In this document: in pieces, positions 1-8,122 of the stretch
Numbering within the stretch: position 1 is the stretch's first letter
Layout of the letters: each line of letters starts with the position of its first letter
From: Dehalococcoidia bacterium
Lineage (GTDB): Bacteria > Chloroflexota > Dehalococcoidia > Lucifugimonadales > UBA2985
Assembly (NCBI GenBank): GCA_965247645.1
Contig: OZ252024.1
Span: 865,683-929,682 of the forward strand
Direction: 5' to 3'
DNA: 64,000 bases
Made by a program: the position numbers and the translations under genes
Notes under the pieces: model-generated
Told to the model about the DNA's origin: nothing
The model's database searches: none
The model's input: the letters and a program-made list of their open reading frames with translations, nothing else

Positions 1-418
1 GATTGTTGCTGAGGTATAGCCTTCGCACGTTGGACAGGCCGCCCAGCTCCGGCGGTATCTCCCCGCTCAACTGGTTTTTGCCGAGATCCAGCTCTTTCAG
101 ACTGGACAGGCCGGCCAACTCCGGCGGTATCTCCCCCCTCAACCGATTGTTGCCGAGGTTCAACTCTATCACCCGCCCGCTGCCGTCAGTGGTTACGCCG
201 TGCCATTCCCCAAGGGGAGCATCGCTCAGCCAGTTGCCGTTCTCACTCCAGATCACTCCCCCTGCAGTTTCGTAGAGCGCCTCTAGCACAGCCCGTTCTG
301 CGTCCAGCACAAACGCGGGCGCAGGGTCTTCGGAGCAGGAAGCCGCCAGCAATCCTGTCATGGCAGCCAATGCGGTCAGGGCTGTGAAGCGGGGTATCCT
401 GGACATCGTCTCTTTCAT
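1..418 (-). CDS. Leucine-rich-repeat lipoprotein, N-terminal part (gene runs off the left edge)
   Basis: Reverse-strand translation from ATG 418 (in-frame ATG also at 406) gives [32 protein letters not shown], a signal peptide plus Cys. It is followed by 24-residue repeats such as [46 protein letters not shown]. Absent from the ORF track because there is no stop in the window. Confidence 0.7.
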   Translation of the reverse strand, partial: MKETMSRIPRFTALTALAAMTGLLAASCSEDPAPAFVLDAERAVLEALYETAGGVIWSENGNWLSDAPLGEWHGVTTDGSGRVIELNLGNNRLRGEIPPELAGLSSLKELDLGKNQLSGEIPPELGGLSNVRRLYLSNN

Positions 419-452
419 CTAGCGTCCTCTGCCGCCGACTGCTTGCAGGCTA

Positions 453-914
453 CTACCCGCGGCGAGGCCTGTGCCTGTCTGCGCTGTCCACCATCAAGGT
501 AACCGGGCCGTCGTTCTGAATGTCCACCACCATACGCTGCTGGAAGCGTCCCGTTTCCACCCGCAGTCCCGTCTCCCTGAACAAGCCAACCGTCCTATCA
601 AAGAGGGCTTGCGCCTTTTCGGGAGGGGCGGCATCGGTAAAGGAGGGCCGACGCCCCTTGCGAACGTCGGCGTAGAGTGTGAACTGGCTGACTACCAGGA
701 GTTGCGCCGCTGCATCCAGAGCGGAGACGTCGAAGCGACCGTCCTCATCGTCGAATATCCGCAGGTTGACGACCTTCTCAACCACGTAGCGGGCATCCTC
801 GTCCTCGTCGTCCTGCCCAATGCCAACGAAGACCACCAGTCCCTTCTCGATCCGCCCCACAACCTGCTCCACCGCCACCGATGCTCTGGTCACTCGTTGG
901 ACAAGGGCGCGCAT
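453..914 (-). CDS. dtd: D-aminoacyl-tRNA deacylase
   Basis: Internal Met of ORF 453..1130 gives MRALVQRVTRASV...VVSQFTLYADVRKGRRPSF...NDGPVTLMVD, a typical Dtd of about 153 aa. ATG confirmed at 912-914 on the reverse strand. Confidence 0.9.
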   Translation of the reverse strand: MRALVQRVTRASVAVEQVVGRIEKGLVVFVGIGQDDEDEDARYVVEKVVNLRIFDDEDGRFDVSALDAAAQLLVVSQFTLYADVRKGRRPSFTDAAPPEKAQALFDRTVGLFRETGLRVETGRFQQRMVVDIQNDGPVTLMVDSADRHRPRRG

Positions 915-931
915 CCCCGGCCCCCTTCCGT

Positions 932-1222
932 TCAGTCCTCCTTGGACGAGGTCTCTTTGGAGGAGGTCTCCTTCTCCGGGGAAGACGCGGCCCCGTCGCC
1001 ATTGCCGCTGCCTCCTCCATCGTAGCTGGGGCTGGGTTGGTCTCTTCGGGCATAGTCGGTCGTATAGAAGCCGGAGCCTTTGTAGATCACCGTTGGAGAG
1101 TGGAACCTCCGGCGGGATGACGACTGACAAACGGGGCAGGTCTCCGTTGGGTCGGCGTCAAAGCCCTGCTTCAGCTCGAACCGGTGTTTGCAGCTTACAC
1201 ACTCGTACTCATATATAGGCAC
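932..1222 (-). CDS. FmdB-family zinc-ribbon protein
   Basis: MPIYEYECVSCKHRFE...CPVC has the characteristic N-terminus and two CxxC pairs. The tail is low-complexity Gly/Ser/Lys. Confidence 0.8.
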   Translation of the reverse strand: MPIYEYECVSCKHRFELKQGFDADPTETCPVCQSSSRRRFHSPTVIYKGSGFYTTDYARRDQPSPSYDGGGSGNGDGAASSPEKETSSKETSSKED

Positions 1223-1360
1223 ATATCCTCCGCGCGTGGTTGCAATGCAGGTCTTCCTCTGCCAACACGCCCCTGTAATTTAAGGGCTTGCGGGCCTGCA
1301 TGTCAACACGCCGTGCAAGAACCCAGGGTTTTTCCCCCTGCTTCCGGGACTCCCCTGGTG

Positions 1361-1366
1361 TATAAT
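1361..1366 (+). promoter_or_regulatory. Candidate -10 box (TATAAT) 11 nt upstream of the pcrA ATG; would give a near-leaderless mRNA
   Basis: The sequence is ggtgTATAATccacctgagctATGATG. No convincing -35 box or Shine-Dalgarno was seen. Confidence 0.25.
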
Positions 1367-1377
1367 CCACCTGAGCT

Positions 1378-3588
1378 ATGATGAACGTATTAGCAGGACT
1401 CAATGAGCCGCAGAGGGAAGCTGTGGAGGCGGTCGATGGGCCGCTCCTCATCCTGGCCGGCCCCGGCAGCGGGAAGACCAGGGTTATCACCCATCGCATA
1501 GCCTACCTGGTCAGGGAGCGCAGCGTCAGCCCACACAGCATAGCCGCCGTCACCTTCACCAACAAGGCTGCGAGAGAGATGCGGGAGAGGCTGTTCGGCA
1601 AGAGCCAGGGCGATCCCACAGCCCCCCTTCTGGGAGGCTTGTGGAATATGCGGCACGACTTCACAGTCGCCACCTTCCACGCCCTCTGCGCCCGGATACT
1701 GCGCATAGACGGCGAGCACATCGGCCTCGACCGGGACTTTGTCATCTACGACCAGGAGGACCAGCTTGAGCTGATCAAGCAGGCGATGGAGAGCCAGGAG
1801 ATAGACCACAAACGCTTCCCCCCAAGGCCGATACTCTCCGCCATCTCCGCCGCCAAGAGCGGGCTGATAGAGGCGGATGACTACACACCTGGCCGCCACG
1901 CTCCTATTGAGGAGATCATACGCATGGTGTACCGGCGTTACCAAGAGCTGCTCCATCGCAATAACGCCGTGGACTTCGACGACCTGCTGCTCAAGACATA
2001 CGTCCTCTTGAGGGACAACCCATCCGTGGTTGAGAGATACCGCTCCCGGTACGAGTACCTCCTCATAGACGAGTTCCAGGACACGAACGTGGCCCAGTAC
2101 GCCATTGCCCGGCGGCTGACGGGGAAGCATCGCAACATCTGTGTGGTGGGTGACCCAGACCAGGCCATATACTCGTGGCGCAACGCCGACATTCGCAACA
2201 TACTCTCCTTCCAGCGAGACTACCCTGAGGCAAAGGTGGTGACCCTGGAGGAGAACTACCGCTCCACCGGGGCCATTCTGGAGGCGGCCACCGGAGTGAT
2301 CTCCGCCAACAGCCGCAGGATGGACAAACCCCTGACCACCCAGAACGCCCGGGGCAGCCCCCTGTACGTCGGCGAGGCCTACACCCCGGAGGAGGAGGCA
2401 CAGCAGACGCTCCGGGAGGTGGAGCGTCTGACGCGGAACGAAGGCTACCGCCTGGCCGACTGCGCCATTATGTATCGCGTAAACGCCCAGTCCCGCGCCA
2501 TTGAGGACGGATGCCTGCGTTACGGCATCCCCTACAAGCTCATCGGCGGGCTGCGCTTCTACCAGCGCAGGGAGATCAAGGACGTAATTGCCTATCTGCG
2601 GGTCATCCACAACCCATACGACCAGGTGAGCCTCCTGCGTGTCATCAACGTCCCGCCCAGGGGCATTGGGCAACGCACCGTGGACCAGTTGATCCATACC
2701 GCGCGTGTGCAGAACATACCCGTGTATACCGCCGCGCAGCTTATGGCCGAGTCCGGCGATGCGAGAACGGGGCGAGCGGTGGCCCGGTTCCTCTACGTAG
2801 TCAACTCGCTCATGGAGTACGGCAACCGCATTCCACCCGCCGAGCTGATAGACGCCGTTCTGGAGCGCGCCGGATACAGGAACTTCCTGCTTGAGGAGGG
2901 TGAACAGGGACTGGAGAGGCTGGAGAACATCCAGGAGCTGAGAACCACGGCGCAGGAGTTCCAGCCGATGGAGCCGGAGGAGAGGCTTTCCGCCTTTCTC
3001 CAGGGAGCGGCCCTGGTCTCCGACGTGGACACCCTGGAGGAGGGGACGGACGCCATCACCCTCATCACGCTGCATCAGGCCAAGGGGCTTGAGTTCTCGG
3101 TGGTGTTCATAGTCGGGCTGGAGGAAGGGCTACTGCCACACAGCCGCTCCATTGACGACCCCGACCAAATGGAGGAGGAGCGGCGCCTGTTCTACGTGGG
3201 CATGACGCGGGCCAAGGAGAGGCTGTACCTGACCAGGGTATTTCGGCGGGTCGTCTGGGGCAACGCGTCCCCGGCCAGGCCGTCCCGGTTCCTTACGGAC
3301 ATTCCCCAAAACCTCGTCTCACCCCTTGCGATGGCGGGCAGGCAGGGAGTTGCCGCGGCCCCGGGGGGGGGGATTGGCGCGCAGGGAGAGAGTGGAGGCA
3401 AGGCCACATCGGAGCCTCTGAAGGCGGGCGAGAAGGTCAGGCACTCCAAGTTTGGCGAGGGGATAGTGGTCACCTGCGTTCCGTCCGGCCAGGACCACGA
3501 GGTGACCGTGGCATTCAAGGGAGAGTCCGGGATAAAGAAGCTGCTGCTCAGCTTTGCCCCGCTGGAGAAGATGGAAATGGCGGAGTAG
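1378..3588 (+). CDS. pcrA: ATP-dependent DNA helicase, UvrD/PcrA family
   Basis: 736 aa with Walker A AGPGSGKTRVITHRIAYL, DEFQDTN, VGDPDQAIYSWRNA, TLHQAKGLEFSVVF and YVGMTRAKERL motifs. Confidence 0.9.
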   Translation: MMNVLAGLNEPQREAVEAVDGPLLILAGPGSGKTRVITHRIAYLVRERSVSPHSIAAVTFTNKAAREMRERLFGKSQGDPTAPLLGGLWNMRHDFTVATFHALCARILRIDGEHIGLDRDFVIYDQEDQLELIKQAMESQEIDHKRFPPRPILSAISAAKSGLIEADDYTPGRHAPIEEIIRMVYRRYQELLHRNNAVDFDDLLLKTYVLLRDNPSVVERYRSRYEYLLIDEFQDTNVAQYAIARRLTGKHRNICVVGDPDQAIYSWRNADIRNILSFQRDYPEAKVVTLEENYRSTGAILEAATGVISANSRRMDKPLTTQNARGSPLYVGEAYTPEEEAQQTLREVERLTRNEGYRLADCAIMYRVNAQSRAIEDGCLRYGIPYKLIGGLRFYQRREIKDVIAYLRVIHNPYDQVSLLRVINVPPRGIGQRTVDQLIHTARVQNIPVYTAAQLMAESGDARTGRAVARFLYVVNSLMEYGNRIPPAELIDAVLERAGYRNFLLEEGEQGLERLENIQELRTTAQEFQPMEPEERLSAFLQGAALVSDVDTLEEGTDAITLITLHQAKGLEFSVVFIVGLEEGLLPHSRSIDDPDQMEEERRLFYVGMTRAKERLYLTRVFRRVVWGNASPARPSRFLTDIPQNLVSPLAMAGRQGVAAAPGGGIGAQGESGGKATSEPLKAGEKVRHSKFGEGIVVTCVPSGQDHEVTVAFKGESGIKKLLLSFAPLEKMEMAE

Positions 3589-3610
3589 CGCCGTACCACG
3601 CCCCACGCCC

Positions 3611-3634
3611 CGCGCCCCACGTTCCGCTCACGCC
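3611..3634. repeat. 24-nt motif CGCGCCCCACGTTCCGCTCACGCC, direct copy of 4406-4429
   Basis: 23/24 identity with 4406-4429 in the same orientation. The two copies bracket the lipoprotein gene 3722..4249. It is followed by an imperfect hairpin (ccctcga...tcgaggg). Confidence 0.6.
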
Positions 3635-3721
3635 TGCTCCACGCTGAACGCTCCCTCGAAGACGGACGTTGTAGGGGGCTTCGGTTTCTGGCTCGAGGGT
3701 GTTCTTGTAGGCCCGGAGACA

Positions 3722-4249
3722 CTACCGCTGCTGACCGAGACTGCGGATGCTCCTGAAGATGGACAAAGCCACCTGCTGCTGCGCTGGTGTCAGGTCTTTC
3801 CCGACAAGGTTGAGGCTAGCGCTATCTAACTTGGCGAAGTATACGCCGGTATAGCCGCCGGAGTTGCCCGTGGGTACAATCAGCTTAGCCTCAACGCCAC
3901 CGATGGTCTCGTAGGTCACAGTATGGAGATGCGCCATATCTTCACGTTGTTTCAGAGTCCACGAGTACATGCCATAGTCAAATGTAAACCTTACTCCATC
4001 TCCTACTACTTCGCCTACATAAGAGTCGATGCCTTGAAGTTCGTATAGCTCCCAACCTGGGGGTAGATGTAGCGAGAAGCCGGGATAGCGTGCCCCCCAG
4101 CCCGGCGCTTCCACCAAGGTCCAAGCCTGGGGAGTCTGGGTGCTGGAAATCCTTGGCCTAACTGTTGGGAATGCGGTGCAAGCTGCCAGCGCAAGCACTA
4201 CCATTGCTAGGGCCATGAGCTTTATTGGTGAAATCTTATTACCTTCCAT
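3722..4249 (-). CDS. Hypothetical lipoprotein
   Basis: Internal Met of ORF 3722..4531 gives MEGNKISPIKLMALAMVVLALAACTAF, a signal peptide with lipobox. The upstream part of the track ORF is REP-like repeat sequence, not coding. Confidence 0.6.
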   Translation of the reverse strand: MEGNKISPIKLMALAMVVLALAACTAFPTVRPRISSTQTPQAWTLVEAPGWGARYPGFSLHLPPGWELYELQGIDSYVGEVVGDGVRFTFDYGMYSWTLKQREDMAHLHTVTYETIGGVEAKLIVPTGNSGGYTGVYFAKLDSASLNLVGKDLTPAQQQVALSIFRSIRSLGQQR

Positions 4250-4405
4250 CGTTAGGCCTTGATGGCGTTCACATTGTACAGGGCGTTGTTGCCTAAGGAA
4301 AGTACCCAGTGCCTTCGGCGCTCCTTCCTCATCACGCCAACCCTTCGCATCCCCGATTTTGAAGGCCAGGGTCAAATTCGGATGGGCGTCGCTGGTCTTG
4401 TCCCC

Positions 4406-4488
4406 CGCGCCCCACGTTCCACTCACGCCCTTCGACAGGCTCTGGGCGAGCGGAAGATTTCCACGCCGCTCGTGGTGAGCCTGTCGAA
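4406..4488. repeat. REP-like element: 24-nt motif plus nested long hairpin
   Basis: TTCGACAGGCTC (4431-4442) pairs with GAGCCTGTCGAA (4477-4488). The inner stem is CGAGCGG (4447-4453) with CCGCTCG (4466-4472). A half-copy, gagcctgtcgaa, recurs near 7430. Confidence 0.65.
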
Positions 4489-4578
4489 CCATATGAGCGG
4501 TGGGCACTCCACCCGACGTCGGCATTACCAACGCCTGTAGAGAATGCCCGCTTTCCGCTCCGGGCGCGCCCGTTGTAA

Positions 4579-5238
4579 ATGTACGATACTATGGGTATCA
4601 TGCGCATAGACAGCCGTCTCAGGAGGTTGGGGTTGATAGACCTTTCCCAGTATCAGGAGCTTATCTTCCGCCAGAGCAAGGAAATGCTCGAGGTATTCAC
4701 AGACTTTGAAACGGCCAACCGGTACAGAATTCTGACACCCGCCGGTGAAGAGATCATGTACGCCTACGAGGAGTCCGGCATGATAAGCCGGCAGTTCATG
4801 GGAAGTCATCGCCCCCTCAACCTCCACGTAGTCGATACCGAGAACCGGCCGGTCCTGAACGCCAATAGAAAGTTCTTTTGGTACTTCTCACACCTGAATG
4901 TAGCAGACGGCGAAGGGAACCCCATAGGGGTGCTGAGCAAGCTATTTGCGATGTTGAAGCGCAAGTTCTCCGTGCTGGACGCCAACGGCCAGCAGATTGC
5001 CGGCATCAACGGCAGCATCCTCCACAGATACACTTTCACCGTAAACGATCATCACGGAGAAGAGGTGGGGCGCATCACCAAAGAGTGGAGCGGCGTTATG
5101 CGAGAGGCCTTCACGGACGCCGATACCTTCAGCATCAAGTTCAGCGACAATGAGCGGAGCCAGGAGTTTCGACTCATGCTCATTGCAGCCGCTTTCGCCA
5201 TTGACATGGACTTCTTTGAGAGAAGCGGCAGCCGCTAA
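4579..5238 (+). CDS. Phospholipid scramblase-family protein
   Basis: FETANRYRILTPAGEEIMYAYEES...RPLNLHVVD...FSIKFSD...LMLIAAAFAIDMDFFE matches the scramblase (PF03803-like) layout by eye. The exact start is uncertain. Confidence 0.7.
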   Translation: MYDTMGIMRIDSRLRRLGLIDLSQYQELIFRQSKEMLEVFTDFETANRYRILTPAGEEIMYAYEESGMISRQFMGSHRPLNLHVVDTENRPVLNANRKFFWYFSHLNVADGEGNPIGVLSKLFAMLKRKFSVLDANGQQIAGINGSILHRYTFTVNDHHGEEVGRITKEWSGVMREAFTDADTFSIKFSDNERSQEFRLMLIAAAFAIDMDFFERSGSR

Positions 5239-5303
5239 GCTGAACGGCGCGAGTTGAAGCTCACCCCGCCATAGTTCCACAAATGCCGCTTGCCCCTGCC
5301 GCG

Positions 5304-6740
5304 CTAGGCGCTTGGGTCCATCACACGCCCCACGAACAGGATTGCGCCCGTCTCCATGTCCCGTATCAGGAAGATGAAGGGACGGTCTATCACAACCTGC
5401 TTAGGCATGGACTCAATGCCAAGCATCACGCCGGTTGCAGCCCCCGCCTCCGTCCCCGCCTCGTCCACCGCCACAAACGCCTTGTGCACTACGTCCGTAA
5501 TCCGCAGGCACATGGGGTTGTCCATGCAGGAGACGCCGTTCATGCCTGAGAAGTCCGCTGAGCTGCGATCGAAAGCGTTGGGCATACCCATCGCTTTCAG
5601 GGTCTCGTTCAGACTAAGCTGCGACTCAAACTTGAACAACGGCATGGTCAGCTGCACATGCCCGGCGCTCATTCCCGCCAGGGCTCGGCTCACAAGGTCG
5701 GCGTCCAGGGAGGCTGCGAAGTTGCTGAACTCCCCCGCGTCCGGGACCAGGATAGCCATAGACATCTCGTTGCCCTTGTACGGCAGGTCGATTGCCAGGT
5801 AGCCGTCTCCACCGGCATAGCCAAACCTCGCAGTCTGGGTCATCATCGGGGTCTGTACGACGCCTCCATCGAGCAGGTTGAAGGCGCGCTCCACGGTGGA
5901 ACCCTCCTCAAACTGGCTCTCCCACACCGCCTTGAAGTAGATTGCGTTTGTGAGGACAAGCCGGGTGTCCACGTCTATGGCCCCGTCAGGGATGAGGTCC
6001 TTGATCCTGTCCTCCGTCCGGTCGGCAACCCAATCGTTGATGGTGACCCTGGACCTCTCCGGGGTCTCCACGAAGTTAACCGGCCTCAGCCCCGCGCCGT
6101 AGCTCAGGGCCAGGACGTCCAGGAATCCGGGCAGGAATCTGTACCCCTGCTGCCCCCAAATGGCGTTGGCTATGCTCAGGCGGAAGCCGTCCCCGCCCTT
6201 GCCGCGAGAGGCCAGCTTGAGGTCCAGGCTGTTCAACGAGGAATGCAGCCTGTCCTGCGAGAGGCGAAAGCGCAGGGCGTCCGCCATCTGCCTCTCTGTT
6301 TCGCCCCTGGCGCCGGCGTAGGTCATGGCAAGGGCAACTGAGATGCTATAGGGAGAGTAGAACAAGTTCTTCTCCTTCTCGCCCAGGGCGTGGTACAGGT
6401 CGAAGGCGAAGGCGCTGTTCCCCCCAACCAGCGCAGCCAGGTCGGAATCGGTTGCCACAGGCGTGGTCACGCGCGCCAAGTCCGAGCGCAGTTCGTCCGG
6501 CGCCGAGGTTGGCGACGGCGAAGACGTAGGCGTAAGGATGGCGGTAGACGTGGCGGGCGGCGGCGTGGACGTAGGCGCGGGCCGCGTCGGGGTCACCGTG
6601 TCCAGGGCGGCTTCCCCGTCGCATCCGAACAGCGCAATGAGGAGCGCAACGGCAAGGGCCAGGGGAAGCGCCCTCCGGGTCTTGCTGAGCCATCTCGTGT
6701 GGTTATGCTTGCCGGTCATGTCCAACCTCCCTCTCGGCAA
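5304..6740 (-). CDS. Serpin-family protease inhibitor, lipoprotein
   Basis: NLFYSPYSISVALAMTYAGARGETERQM and the hinge/RCL VDEAGTEAGAATGVMLGIESMP...DRPFIFLIRD are present. N-terminal signal with LIALFGC lipobox and a Pro/Thr/Ser linker. Confidence 0.9.
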   Translation of the reverse strand: MPRGRLDMTGKHNHTRWLSKTRRALPLALAVALLIALFGCDGEAALDTVTPTRPAPTSTPPPATSTAILTPTSSPSPTSAPDELRSDLARVTTPVATDSDLAALVGGNSAFAFDLYHALGEKEKNLFYSPYSISVALAMTYAGARGETERQMADALRFRLSQDRLHSSLNSLDLKLASRGKGGDGFRLSIANAIWGQQGYRFLPGFLDVLALSYGAGLRPVNFVETPERSRVTINDWVADRTEDRIKDLIPDGAIDVDTRLVLTNAIYFKAVWESQFEEGSTVERAFNLLDGGVVQTPMMTQTARFGYAGGDGYLAIDLPYKGNEMSMAILVPDAGEFSNFAASLDADLVSRALAGMSAGHVQLTMPLFKFESQLSLNETLKAMGMPNAFDRSSADFSGMNGVSCMDNPMCLRITDVVHKAFVAVDEAGTEAGAATGVMLGIESMPKQVVIDRPFIFLIRDMETGAILFVGRVMDPSA

Positions 6741-6847
6741 CCGCCTGGTAGACTACCTAAGACGAAGACCATGCGAGAAAGGTTCCCGGCAGTGAGACAA
6801 CCCGGACCGGAGCCGCGCGCAGTGGTCGTTCCTGCACCCCCACCCTT

Positions 6848-6890
6848 CCCCCATGGGCGCCCGCTTTCGCGGGCATGACGACGGTGGGGG
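6848..6890. repeat. Dispersed copy of the CGCGGGCATGACGACG hairpin repeat family
   Basis: ccccatgggcgCCCGCtttcGCGGGcatgacgacggtgggggg resembles the units at 36901-37235. Confidence 0.55.
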
Positions 6891-6895
6891 GTATC

Positions 6896-7318
6896 CTAGC
6901 CCTGAGGCATCTCGTAATTGAACTGCCAGTTGATGCCGAACTTGTCCGTGAAGGCGCCGAAGTAGGAGCCCCAGAACATGTCCTGGAGGGGCATCGTCAC
7001 CGCGCCTCCCTCGGAAAGCCTGGCAAACAGGGAGTCAGTCTCCTCTCGGCTCTGGGTTGAGTAGCTGATAGAGAAGTTGTTGCCCACAACAGGCGGCCCT
7101 CCGAACCCGGAGGGCATGTCGCTGCCCATGAGCACACTATCGCCGACCGGAAGCGACATGTGCATGATAAGGTCCTTGTCCGCCTCCGAGACGCCCATGT
7201 CAGGCGGGCCGTTGCCGAAGGTCTCCACAACAGAGAACTCCCCACCAAAGACAGAGCGGTAGAACTCAAATGCCTCCCGGCAGTTGCCGTTGAAAGTCAG
7301 ATACGTGTTAAGGGTCAT
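6896..7318 (-). CDS. VOC/PhnB-like (glyoxalase-fold) protein
   Basis: MTLNTYLTFNGNCREAFEFYRSVFGG...MHMSLPVGDSVLMGSD...MFWGSYFGAFTDKFGINWQF. Start placed at internal Met (ATG 7316-7318). Confidence 0.8.
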   Translation of the reverse strand: MTLNTYLTFNGNCREAFEFYRSVFGGEFSVVETFGNGPPDMGVSEADKDLIMHMSLPVGDSVLMGSDMPSGFGGPPVVGNNFSISYSTQSREETDSLFARLSEGGAVTMPLQDMFWGSYFGAFTDKFGINWQFNYEMPQG

Positions 7319-7403
7319 GCGCGCCTCCCCGTCGTCAAGTGTTGTAGCAGAATACGAAGTTGGCAACGGAGAGTCAAGTCACTGCCCGCTTCCCTCCGCC
7401 CAC

Positions 7404-7450
7404 CCCCGTATCAAGCACGGGGCAGGCCATGAGCCTGTCGAAGGGCGTGG
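7404..7450. repeat. Composite REP-like copy (CCCCGTA..ACGGGGCAGG hairpin plus gagcctgtcgaa half-site)
   Basis: ccccgtatcaagcacggggcagg resembles 37141-37165. gagcctgtcgaa is identical to 4477-4488. Confidence 0.5.
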
Positions 7451-7634
7451 GCGGGCATCCGGCAAGTCGGCGGCACAGTGTGTTGACATATTCAGCCGTG
7501 AGCGTAAACCTGGTATTGGCCTCTGTCCGCTTGCGCGGCGATTGCATAGCCTTTGGGAAGCAATTCGGTTTATGTTGAAGAAAGCGCTGGCGGTGATACT
7601 CTGGATATCCTCCCTATCGGTGGGCTTCCACTAA

Positions 7635-7991
7635 GTGTTCTCCAGCTTTTACCCGGAAGGGATAGACACCGGCCTAATCTGGGAATACCTGAACTGGCTG
7701 ATGGCGATTTCGGTGTCGATAGCCCTGGTCGCACACTACCTTCGCAAACTTGAGCTGGACCGGGAGGGCTTTGACAACTCCATTACACGGGAGCGCCTGG
7801 AGATAAACCTGGCGTTGTACGCCTCTCTCCTTCTGGCTCTCCTATTCTTCTGGAACTGGGCTGATGATCTAGCCTCCGGCAGCGATCTCCAGGGGGACAA
7901 CCGCCTGTTCATCTGGTCGGTTTTGAACCCGGTGTTTGTGATGATCTCCGGCTTCACCGGCGCTCATCTATGGCGGGCCGCTTCGCGCTAA
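7635..7991 (+). CDS. Hypothetical small membrane protein
   Basis: 118-aa ORF with GTG start and three hydrophobic segments (LMAISVSIALVAHY, LALYASLLLALLFFW, VLNPVFVMISGF). No recognisable family. Confidence 0.4.
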   Translation: MFSSFYPEGIDTGLIWEYLNWLMAISVSIALVAHYLRKLELDREGFDNSITRERLEINLALYASLLLALLFFWNWADDLASGSDLQGDNRLFIWSVLNPVFVMISGFTGAHLWRAASR

Positions 7992-8011
7992 TGGAGTATG
8001 GCTTGCCATAG

Positions 8012-8040
8012 TTGTCAACCCAGGGTGGTTGGGTTATGAT
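8012..8040 (+). promoter_or_regulatory. Sigma-70-like promoter candidate for the 8123 gene
   Basis: TTGTCA (8012-8017), 17-nt spacer, TATGAT (8035-8040). The RBS gaggaggg lies about 12 nt upstream of ATG 8123. Confidence 0.35.
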
Positions 8041-8122
8041 TCACAAACGTGTGTAGCTGCGTTTCTGAGAAATTTACTCAGTCTCGCCTTACCGATGACA
8101 CCTTGAGGAGGGCGCTGTTTCA

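Noticed and set aside
1390-3075. Very long antisense or overlapping ORFs in the track: 1390..3075(-) 561 aa, 23574..25268(-) 564 aa, 41433..42575(-) 380 aa, 39343..40353(-) 336 aa, 46070..47242(+) 390 aa, 55528..56397(+) 289 aa, 51778..52743(+) 321 aa.
   Set aside because: Each lies opposite or out of frame to a gene with strong family motifs. They are Arg/Pro/Gly/Ala-rich with no recognisable domains, which is typical of stop-poor alternative frames in high-GC DNA.
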